A stretch of 64,000 nucleotides of DNA from assembly GCA_964247055.1 (NCBI GenBank), contig OZ176050.1, positions 186,001 through 250,000 on the forward strand, read 5' to 3'. The DNA comes from Paragordius varius (lineage: Eukaryota > Animalia > Nematomorpha). Position numbers and translations under genes: made by a program. Shown here one piece after another: positions 1 to 11,100 of this stretch; position 1 is the stretch's first letter, and each line of letters starts with the position of its first letter. The notes under the pieces are model-generated. The model made no database searches. It worked only from the letters and a program-made list of their open reading frames with translations, and was not told where the DNA came from.

Positions 1-2080
1 TAAAAATAAAAATGGCTACCTAAAATCCAAATTTGATCAGGTGATGTCACTATAATTTTTTTGGGTAGCCCTATGGTAGTTCCATCATCACCCCAAATAT
101 TTTCGAGATCGGAGTATAAATGTAATTTTTATGAATTTTTTAAATATTTAAAAAATTTATTTTATACGATTTTAAAAATAAAAATGGCTACCTAAAATCC
201 AAATTTGATCAGGTGATGTGACCATAATTTTTTTTGGGTAGCCCTATGGTAGTTCCATCATCACCCCAAATATTTTGGGGATCGGACTATAAATGTAATT
301 TTTAGGAATTTTTTAAATATTTAAAAAATTTATTTTATACGATTTTAAAAATAAAAATGGCTACCTAAAATCCAAATTTGATCAGGTGATGTCACTATAA
401 TTTTTTTGGGTAGCCCTATGGTAGTTCCATCATCACCCCAAATATTTTCGAGATCGGACTATAAATGTAATTTTTATGAATTTTTTAAATATTTAAAAAA
501 TTTATTTTATACGATTTTAAAAATAAAAATGGCTACCTAAAATCCAAATTTGATCAGGTGATGTCACCATAATTTTTTTTGGGTAGCCCTATGGTATCCA
601 TCATCACCCCAAATATTTTTGAGATCGGACTTTAAATGTAATTTTTTTGAATTTTTTAAATATTTAAAAAATTTATTTTATACGATTTTAAAAATAAAAA
701 TGGCTACCTAAAATCCAAATTTGATCAGGTGATGTCGCCATAATTTTTTTTGGGTAGCCCTATGGTAGTTCCATCATATCCCCAAATATTTTTGAGATCG
801 GACTTTAAATGTAATTTTTTTGAATTTTTTAAATATTTAAAAAATTTATTTTATACGATTTTAAAAATAAAAATGGCTACCTAAAATCCATATTTGATCA
901 GGTGATGTCGCCATAATTTTTTTAGGTAGGCCTATGATAGTTCCATCATCACCCTAAATATTGTCGAGATCGGACTATAAATGTAATTTTTATGAATTTT
1001 TTAAATATTGAAAAAATTTATTTTATACGATATTAAAAATAAAAATGGCTACCTAAAATCTAAATTTGATCAGGTGATGTCACCATAATTTTTTTTGGGT
1101 AGCCCTATGGTAATTCCATCATCACCCGAAATATTTCCGAGATCGGAGTATAAATGTAATTTCTATGAATTTTTTAAATATTTAAAAAATTTATTTTATA
1201 CGATTTTAAAAATAAAAATGGCTACCTAAAATCCAAATTTGATCAGGTGATGTCACTATAATTTTTTTGGGTAGCCCTATGGTAGTTCCATCATCACCCC
1301 AAATATTTTGGGGATCGGACTATAAATGTAATTTTTAGGAATTTTTTAAATATTTAAAAAATTTATTTTATACGATTTTAAAAATAAAAATGGCTACCTA
1401 AAATCCAAATTTGATCAGGTGATGTCACTATAATTTTTTTGGGTAGCCCTATGGTAGTTCCATCATCACCCCAAATATTTTCGAGATCGGAGTATAAATG
1501 TAATTTTTAGGAATTTTTTATATATTTAAAAAATTTATTTTATACGATTTTAAAAATAAAAATGGCTACCTAAAATCCAAATTTGATCAGGTGATGTCAC
1601 TATAATTTTTTTGGGTAGCCCTATGGTAGTTCCATCATCACCCCAAATATTTTCGAGATCGGAGTATAAATGTAATTTTTATGAATTTTTTAAATATTTA
1701 AAAAATTTATTTTATACGATTTTAAAAATAAAAATGGCTACCTAAAATCCAAATTTGATCAGCTGATGTTACCATAATTTTTTTTGGGTAGCCCTATGGT
1801 AGTTCCATCATCACCCCAAATATTTTCGAGATCGGAGTATAAATGTAATTTTTATGAATTTTTTAAATATTTAAAAAATTTATTTTATACGATTGTAAAA
1901 ATAAAAATGGCTACCTAAAATCCAAATTTGATCAGGTTATGTCGCCATAATTTTTTTTCTGAGCCCTATGGTAGTTCCATCATCACCCCAAATATTGTCG
2001 AGATCGGAGTATAAATGTAGTTTTTTTGAATTTTTTTAATATTTAAAAAATTTATTTTATACGATTTTAAAAATAAAAAT

Positions 2081-2138
2081 GGCTACCTAAAATCCAAATT
2101 TGATCAGGTGATGTCACCATAATTTTTTTTGGGTAGCC
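2081..2138. other. 12-bp inverted repeat (GGCTACCTAAAA / TTTTGGGTAGCC) enclosing nested short palindromes
   Basis: The arms at 2081-2092 and 2127-2138 match at 11/12 positions. The loop contains CAAATTTG, TGATCA and GGTGA-TG-TCACC (2107-2118). The variant GGCTACCCAAAA at 42111-42122 gives a perfect 12/12 match. Confidence 0.9.
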
Positions 2139-2201
2139 CTATGGTAGTTCCATCATCACCCCAAATATTTTCGAGATCGGAGTATAAATGTAATTTTTAT
2201 G

Positions 2202-2225
2202 AATTTTTTAAATATTTAAAAAATT
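2202..2225. other. 24-bp perfect palindrome AATTTTTTAAATATTTAAAAAATT, present in most monomers
   Basis: The sequence is its own reverse complement. It extends to 30 bp with one G/T mismatch (ATGAA...TTTAT). A G>A variant makes it a perfect 30-mer at 8922-8951 and in the duplicate near 12.18-12.21 kb. Confidence 0.95.
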
Positions 2226-3276
2226 TATTTTATACGATTTTAAAAATAAAAATGGCTACCTAAAATCCAAATTTGATCAGGTGATGTCACCATATTTTTT
2301 TTTGGGTAGCCCTATGGTAGTTCCATCATCACCCCAAATATTGTCGAGATCGGAGTATAAATGTAATTTTTATGAATTTTTTAAATATTTAAAAAATTTA
2401 TTTTATACGATTGTAAAAATAAAAATGGCTACCTAAAATCCAAATCTGATCAGGTTATGTCGCCATAATTTTTTTTCTGAGCCCTATGGTAGTTCCATCA
2501 TCACCCCAAATATTGTCGAGATCGGAGTATAAATGTAGTTTTTTTGAATTTTTTTAATATTTAAAAAATTTATTTTATACGATTTTAAAAATAAAAATGG
2601 CTACCTAAAATCCAAATTTGATCAGGTGATGTCACCATAATTTTTTTTGGGTAGCCCTATGGTAGTTCCATCATCACCCCAAATATTTTCGAGATCGGAG
2701 TATAAATGTAATTTTTATGAATTTTTTAAATATTTAAAAAATTTATTTTATACGATTTTAAAAATAAAAATGGCTACCTAAAATCCAAATTTGATCAGGT
2801 GATGTCACCATATTTTTTTTTGGGTAGCCCTATGGTAGTTCCATCATCACCCCAAATATTGTCGAGATCGGAGTATAAATGTAATTTTTATGAATTTTTT
2901 AAATATTTAAAAAATTTATTTTATACGATTGTAAAAATAAAAATGGCTACCTAAAATCCAAATTTGATCAGGTTATGTCGCCATAATTTTTTTTCTGAGC
3001 CCTATGGTAGTTCCATCATCACCCCAAATATTGTCGAGATCGGAGTATAAATGTAGTTTTTTTGAATTTTTTTAATATTTAAAAAATTTATTTTATACGA
3101 TTTTAAAAATAAAAATGGCTACCTAAAATCCAAATTTGATCAGGTGATGTCACCATAATTTTTTTTGGGTAGCCCTATGGTAGTTCCATCATCACCCCAA
3201 ATATTTTCGAGATCGGAGTATAAATGTAATTTTTATGAATTTTTTAAATATTTAAAAAATTTATTTTATACGATTT

Positions 3277-6200
3277 TAAAAATAAAAATGGCTACCTAAA
3301 ATCCAAATTTGATCAGGTGATGTCACCATATTTTTTTTTGGGTAGCCCTATGGTAGTTCCATCATCACCGCAAATATTGTCGAGATCGGAGTATAAATGT
3401 AATTTTTTTGAATTTTAATATTTAAAAAATTTATTTTATACGATTTTAAAAATAAAAATGGCTACCTAAAATCCAAATTTGATCAGGTGATGTCGCCATA
3501 ATTTTTTTTGGGTAGCCCTATGGTAGTTCCATCATAACCCCAAATATTTTTGAGATCGGACTTTAAATGTAATTTTTTTTAATTTTTTAAATATTTAAAA
3601 AATTTATTTTATACGATTTTAAAAATAAAAATGGCTACCTAAAATCCAAATTTGATCAGGTGATGTCGCCATAATTTTTTTTGGGTAGCCCTATGGTAGT
3701 TCCATCATATCCCCAAATATTTTTGAGATCGGACTTTAAATGTAATTTTTTTGAATTTTTTAAATATTTAAAAAATTTATTTTATACGATTTTAAAAATA
3801 AAAATGGCTACCTAAAATCCAAATTTGATCAGGTGATGTCACCATAATTTTTTTTGGGTAGCCCTATGGTAGTTCCATCATCACCCCAAATATTTTGGGG
3901 ATCGGACTATAAATGTAATTTTTATGAATTTTTTAAATATTTAAAAAATTTATTTTATACGATTTTAAAAATAAAAATGGCTATCTAAAATCCAAATTTG
4001 ATCAGGTGATGTCACTATAATTTTTTTGGGTAGCCCTATGGTAGTTCCATCATCACCCCAAATATTTTGGGGATCGGAATATAAATGTAATTTTTATGAA
4101 TTTTTTAAATATTTAAAAAATTTATTTTATACGATTTTAAAAATAAAAATGGCTACCTAAAATCCAAATTTGATCAGGTGATGTCACCATAATTTTTTTT
4201 GGGTAGCCCTATGGCAGTTCCATCATCACCCCAAATATTTTCGAGATCGGAGTATAAATGTAATTTTTATGAATTTTTTAAATATTTAAAAAATTTATTT
4301 TATACGATTTTAAAAATAAAAATGGCTACCTAAAATCCAAATTTGATCAGGTGATGTCACCATAATTTTTTTTGGGTAGCCCTATGTTAGTTCCATCATC
4401 ACCCCAAATATTTTCGAGATCGGAGTATAAATGTAATTTTTATGAATTTTTTAAATATTTAAAAAATTTATTTTATACGATTTTAAAAATAAAAATGGCT
4501 ACCTAAAATCCAAATTTGATCAGGTGATGTCGCCATAATTTTTTTTGGGTAGCCCTATGGTAGTTCCATCATAACCCCAAATATTTTTGAGATCGGACTT
4601 TAAATGTAATTTTTTTGAATTTTTTAAATATTTAAAAAATTTATTTTATACGATTTTAAAAATAAAAATGGCTACCTAAAATCCAAATTTGATCAGGTGA
4701 TGTCGCCATAATTTTTTTTGGGTAGCCCTATGGTAGTTCCATCATATCCCCAAATATTTTTGAGATCGGACTTTAAATGTAATTTTTTTGAATTTTTTAA
4801 ATATTTAAAAAATTTATTTTAAACGATTTTAAAAATAAAAATGGCTACCTAAAATCCAAATTTGATCAGGTGATGTCGCCATAATTTTTTTTGGGTAGCC
4901 CTATGGTAGTTCCATCATATCCCCAAATATTTTTGAGATCGGACTTTAAATGTAATTTTTTTGAATTTTTTAAATATTTAAAAAATTTATTTTATACGAT
5001 TTTAAAAATATAAATGGGTACCTAAAATCCAAATTTGATCAGGTGATGTCACCATAATTTTTTTTGGGTAGCCCTATGGTAGTTCCATTATCACCTCAAA
5101 TATTTTCGAGATCGGAGTATAAATGTAATTTTTATGAATTTTTTAAATATTTAAAAAATTTATTTTATACGATTTTAAAAATAAAAATGGCTACCTAAAA
5201 TCCAAATTTGATCAGGTGATGTCACCATATTTTTTTTTGGGTAGCCCTATGGTAGTTCCATCATCACCGCAAATATTGTCGAGATCGGAGTATAAATGTA
5301 ATTTTTTTGAATTTTAATATTTAAAAAATTTATTTTATACGATTTTAAAAATAAAAATGGCTACCTAAAATCCAAATTTGATCAGGTGATGTCGCCATAA
5401 TTTTTTTTGGGTAGCCCTATGGTAGTTCCATCATAACCCCAAATATTTTTGAGATCGGACTTTAAATGTAATTTTTTTTAATTTTTTAAATATTTAAAAA
5501 ATTTATTTTATACGATTTTAAAAATAAAAATGGCTACCTAAAATCCAAATTTGATCAGGTGATGTCGCCATAATTTTTTTTGGGTAGCCCTATGGTAGTT
5601 CCATCATATCCCCAAATATTTTTGAGATCGGACTTTAAATGTAATTTTTTTGAATTTTTTAAATATTTAAAAAATTTATTTTATACGATTTTAAAAATAA
5701 AAATGGCTACCTAAAATCCAAATTTGATCAGGTGATGTCACCATAATTTTTTTTGGGTAGCCCTATGGTAGTTCCATCATCACCCCAATTGGGGATCGGA
5801 CTATAAATGTAATTTTTATGAATTTTTTAAATATTTAAAAAATTTATTTTATACGATTTTAAAAATAAAAATGGCTATCTAAAATCCAAATTTGATCAGG
5901 TGATGTCACTATAATTTTTTTGGGTAGCCCTATGGTAGTTCCATCATCACCCCAAATATTTTGGGGATCGGAATATAAATGTAATTTTTATGAATTTTTT
6001 AAATATTTAAAAAATTTATTTTATACGATTTTAAAAATAAAAATGGCTACCTAAAATCCAAATTTGATCAGGTGATGTCACCATAATTTTTTTTGGGTAG
6101 CCCTATGGCAGTTCCATCATCACCCCAAATATTTTCGAGATCGGAGTATAAATGTAATTTTTATGAATTTTTTAAATATTTAAAAAATTTATTTTATACG

Positions 6201-7069
6201 ATTTTAAAAATAAAAATGGCTACCTAAAATCCAAATTTGATCAGGTGATGTCACCATAATTTTTTTTGGGTAGCCCTATGTTAGTTCCATCATCACCCCA
6301 AATATTTTCGAGATCGGAGTATAAATGTAATTTTTATGAATTTTTTAAATATTTAAAAAATTTATTTTATACGATTTTAAAAATAAAAATGGCTACCTAA
6401 AATCCAAATTTGATCAGGTGATGTCGCCATAATTTTTTTTGGGTAGCCCTATGGTAGTTCCATCATAACCCCAAATATTTTTGAGATCGGACTTTAAATG
6501 TAATTTTTTTAAATTTTTTAAATATTTAAAAAATTTATTTTATACGATTTTAAAAATAAAAATGGCTACCTAAAATCCAAATTTGATCAGGTGATGTCGC
6601 CATAATTTTTTTTGGGTAGCCCTATGGTAGTTCCATCATATCCCCAAATATTTTTGAGATCGGACTTTAAATGTAATTTTTTTGAATTTTTTAAATATTT
6701 AAAAAATTTATTTTATACGATTTTAAAAATAAAAATGGCTACCTAAAATCCAAATTTGATCAGGTGATGTCGCCATAATTTTTTTTGGGTAGCCCTATGG
6801 TAGTTCCATCATATCCCCAAATATTTTTGAGATCGGACTTTAAATGTAATTTTTTTGAATTTTTTAAATATTTAAAAAATTTATTTTATACGATTTTAAA
6901 AATATAAATGGGTACCTAAAATCCAAATTTGATCAGGTGATGTCACCATAATTTTTTTTGGGTAGCCCTATGGTAGTTCCATTATCACCTCAAATATTTT
7001 CGAGATCGGAGTATAAATGTAATTTTTATGAATTTTTTAAATATTTAAAAAATTTATTTTATACGATTT
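3277..7069 (+). repeat. Tandem duplication of an 11-monomer unit (1899 bp and 1894 bp)
   Basis: The same ordered markers occur in 3277-5175 and 5176-7069: ACCGCAAA with a short AT tract, ATAACCCC, ATATCCCC, CTATCT, GGCAGTT, GTTAG and ATATAAATGGGTACC (KpnI sites at 5017 and 6911). Confidence 0.93.
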
Positions 7070-8105
7070 TAAAAATAAAAATGGCTACCTAAAATCCAAA
7101 TTTAATCAGGTGATCTCGCCATAATTTTTTTTGGGTAGCCCTATGGTAGTTCCATCATATCCCCAAATATTTTTGAGATCGGACTTTAAATGTAATTTTT
7201 TTGAATTTTTTAAATATTTAAAAAATTTATTTTATACGATTTTAAAAATATAAATGGCTACCTAAAATCCAAATTTGATCAGGTGATGTCACCATAATTT
7301 TTTTTGGGTAGCCCTAGGTTGTTCCATTATCACCTCAAATATTTTCGAGATCGGAGTATAAATGTAATTTTTATGAATTTTTTAAATATTTAAAAAATTT
7401 ATTTTATACGATTTTAAAAATAAAAATGGCTACCTAAAATCCAAATTTGATCAGGTGATGTCACCATAATTTTTTTTGGGTAGCCCTATGGTAGTTCCAT
7501 CATCACCCCAAATATTTTCGAGATCGGAGTATAAATGTAATTTTTATGAATTTTTTAAATATTTAAAAAATTTATTTTATACGATTTTAAAAATAAAAAT
7601 GGCTACCTAAAATCCAAATTTGATCAGGTGATGTCACCATAATTTTTTTTGGGTAGCCCTATGTTAGTTCCATCATCACCCCAAATATTTTCGAGATCGG
7701 AGTATAAATGTAATTTTTATGAATTTTTTAAATATTTAAAAAATTTATTTTATACGATTTTAAAAATAAAAATGGCTACCTAAAATCCAAATTTGATCAG
7801 GTGATGTCACCATAATTTTTTTGGGGTAGCCCTATGGTAGTTCCATCATCACCCCAAATATTTTCGAGATCGGAGTATAAATGTAATTTTTATGAATTTT
7901 TTAAATATTTAAAAAATTTATTTTATACGATTTTAAAAATAAAAATGGCTACCTAAAATCCAAATTTGATCAGGTGATGTCACCATAATTTTTTTGGGTA
8001 GCCCTATGGTAGTTCCATCATCACCCCAAATATTTTCGAGATCGGAGTATAAATGTAATTTTTATGAATTTTTTAAATATTTAAAAAATTTATTTTATAC
8101 GATTT

Positions 8106-11100
8106 TAAAAATAAAAATGGCTACCTAAAATCCAAATTTGATCAGGTGATGTCGCCATAATTTTTTTTGGGTAGCCCTATGGTAGTTCCATCATCACCCC
8201 AAATATTTTCGAGATCGGAATATAAATGTAATTTTTATGAATTTTTTAAATATTTAAAAAATTTATTTTATACGATTTTAAAAATAAAAATGGCTACCTA
8301 AAATCCAAATTTGATCAGGTGATGTCGCCAAAATTTTTTTTGGGTAGCCCTATAGTAGTTCCATCATCACCCCAAATATTGTCGAGATCGGAGTATAAAT
8401 GTAATTTTTATGAATTTTTTAAATATTTAAAAAATTTATTTTATACGATTTTAAAAATAAAAATGGCTACCTAAAATCCAAATTTGATCAGGTGATGTCG
8501 CCATAATTTTTTTTGGGTAGCCCTATAGTAGTTCCATCATCACCCCAAATATTTTGGAGGATCTGACTATAAATGTAATTTTTATGAATTTTTTAAATAT
8601 TAAAAAAATTTATTTTATACGATTTTAAAAATAAAAATGGCTACCTAAAATCCAAATTTGATCAGGTGATGTCACTATTTTGGGTAGCCCTATGGTAGTT
8701 CCATCATCACCCCAAATATTTTCGAGATCGGAGTATAAATGTAATTTTTATGAATTTTTAAATATTTAAAAAATTTATTTTATACGATTTTAAAAATAAA
8801 AATGGCTACCTAAAATCCAAATTTGATCAGGTGATTTCACCATAATTTTTTTTACGTAGCCCTATGGTAGTTCCATCATCACCCCAAATACTTTGGGGAT
8901 CGGACTATAAATGTAATTTTTATAAATTTTTTAAATATTTAAAAAATTTATTTTATACGATTTTAAAAATAAAAATGGCTACCTAAAATCCAAATTTGAT
9001 CAGGTAATGTCACCATAATTTTTTTTGGGTAGCCTTATGGTAGTTCCATCATCACCCCAAATATTTTCGAGATCGGAGTATAAATGTAATTTTTATGAAT
9101 TTTTTAAATATTAAAAAAATTTATTTTATACGATTTTAAAAATAAAAATGGCTACCTAAAATCCAAATTTGATCAGGTGATGTCACTATTTTGGGTAGCC
9201 CTATGGTAGTTCCATCATCACCCCAAATATTTTCGAGATCGGAGTATAAATGTAATTTTTATGAATTTTTTAAATATTTAAAAAATTTATTTTATACGAT
9301 TTTAAAAATAAAAATGGCTACCTAAAATCCAAATTTGATCAGGTGATGTCACCATAATTTTTTGGTAGCCCTATGGTAGTTCCATCATCACCCCAAATAT
9401 TTTCGAGATCGGAGTATAAATGTAATTTTTATGAATTTTTTAAATATTTAAAAAATTTATTTTATACGATTTTAAAAATAAAAATGGCTACCTAAAATCC
9501 AAATTTGATCAGGTGATGTGACCATAATTTTTTTTGGGTAGCCCTATGGTAGTTCCATCATAACCCTAAATATTTTTGAGATCGGACTTTAAATGTAATT
9601 TTTTTGAATTTTTTAAATATTTAAAAAATTTATTTTATACGATTTTAAAAATAAAAATGGCTACCTAAAATCCAAATTTGATCAGGTGATGTCACTATAA
9701 TTTTTTTTGGGTAGCCCTATGGTAGTTCCATCATCACCCCAATATTTTCGAGATCGGAGTATAAATGTAATTTTTATGAATTTTTTAAATATTTAAAAAA
9801 TTTATTTTATACGATTTTAAAAATAAAAATGGCTACCTAAAATCCAAATTTGATCAGGTGATGTCACCATAATTTTTTGGTAGCCCTATGGTAGTTCCAT
9901 CATCACCCCAAATATTTTCGAGATCGGAGTATAAATGTAATTTTTATGAATTTTTTAAATATTTAAAAAATTTATTTTATACGATTTTAAAAATAAAAAT
10001 GGCTACCTAAAATCCAAATTTGATAAGGTGATGTCGCCATAATTTTTTTTGGTAGCCCTATGGTAGTTCCATCATAACCCTAAATATTTTTGAGATCGGA
10101 CTTTAAATGTAATTTTTTTGAATTTTTTAAATATTTAAAAAATTTATTTTATACGATTTTAAAAATAAAAATGGCTACCTAAAATCCAAATTTGATCAGG
10201 TGATGTCACTATAATTTTTTTTGGGTAGCCCTATGGTAGATCCATCATCACCCCAATATTTTCGAGATCGGAGTATAAATGTAATTTTTATTAATTTTTT
10301 AAATATTTAAAAAATTTATTTTATACGATTTTTAAAATAAAAATGGCTACCTAAAATCCAAATTTGATCAGGTGATGTCACTATAATTTTTTTGGGTAGC
10401 CCTATGGTAGTTCCATCATCACCCCAAATATTTTCGAGATCGGAGTATAAATGTAATTTTTATGAATTTTTTAAATATTTAAAAAATTTATTTTATACGA
10501 TTTTAAAAATAAAAATGGCTACCTAAAATCCAAATTTGATCAGGTGATGTCGCCATAATTTTTTTTGGGTAGCCCGATGGTAGTTCCATCATCACCCCGA
10601 ATACTTTGGGGATCGGACTATAAATGTAATTTTTATGAATTTTTTAAATATTTAAAAAATTTATTTTATACGATTTTAAAAATAAAAATGGCTACCTAAA
10701 ATCCAAATTTGATCAGGTGATGTCACCATAATTTTTTTTGGGTAGCCCTATGGTAGTTCCATCATCACCCCAAATATTTTCGAGATCGGAGTATAAATGT
10801 AATTTTTATGAATTTTTTAAATATTTAAAAAATTTATTTTATACGATTTTAAAAATAAAAATGGCTACCTAAAATCCAAATTTGATCAGGTGATGTCACC
10901 ATATTTTTTTTGGGTAGCCCTATGTTAGTTCCATCATCACCCCAAATATTTTCGAGATCGGAGTATAAATGTAATTTTTATGAATTTTTTAAATATTTAA
11001 AAAATTTATTTTATACGATTTTAAAAATAAAAATGGCTACCTAAAATCCAAATTTGATCAGGTGATGTCACCATAATTTTTTTGGGTAGCCCTATGTTAG

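Larger units (their letters stand above)
2068..2240 (+). repeat. Reference consensus monomer (173 bp): GC-richer core plus about 71 bp of ~94% AT sequence
   Basis: Monomer positions 14-115 hold 41 of the 45 G+C (about 40% GC). The remaining 71 bp, which span the monomer junction, hold only 4 G+C. Confidence 0.95.
1860..3400 (+). repeat. 3-mer higher-order repeat, 518 bp period, about 3 copies
   Basis: The diagnostic monomer (GGTTATGTCGCC, TTCTGAGCC, TGTAGTTT) starts at 1896, 2414 and 2932. Each copy is preceded by a GATTGT variant and followed by a consensus monomer. Confidence 0.9.

Noticed and set aside
2094-2181. Possible ancestral sub-repeat (CCAAAT...GATC.GG occurs twice per monomer, about 67-73 bp apart)
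   Set aside because: The matches are short, unevenly spaced and expected by chance in AT-rich DNA. A self-alignment with significance testing would be needed.
2169-2185. CENP-B box-like TTCG...CGG motif (TTTCGAGATCGGAG; CGGGG in some variants)
   Set aside because: The canonical box needs TTCG-NNNN-A-NN-CGGG, with 7 nt between the half-sites. Here the spacing is 4 nt and most copies read CGGA.
2183-2190. TATAAA and ATAAAA motifs as promoter or polyadenylation signals
   Set aside because: These are expected by chance at 74% AT and are repeated in every monomer with no associated gene.
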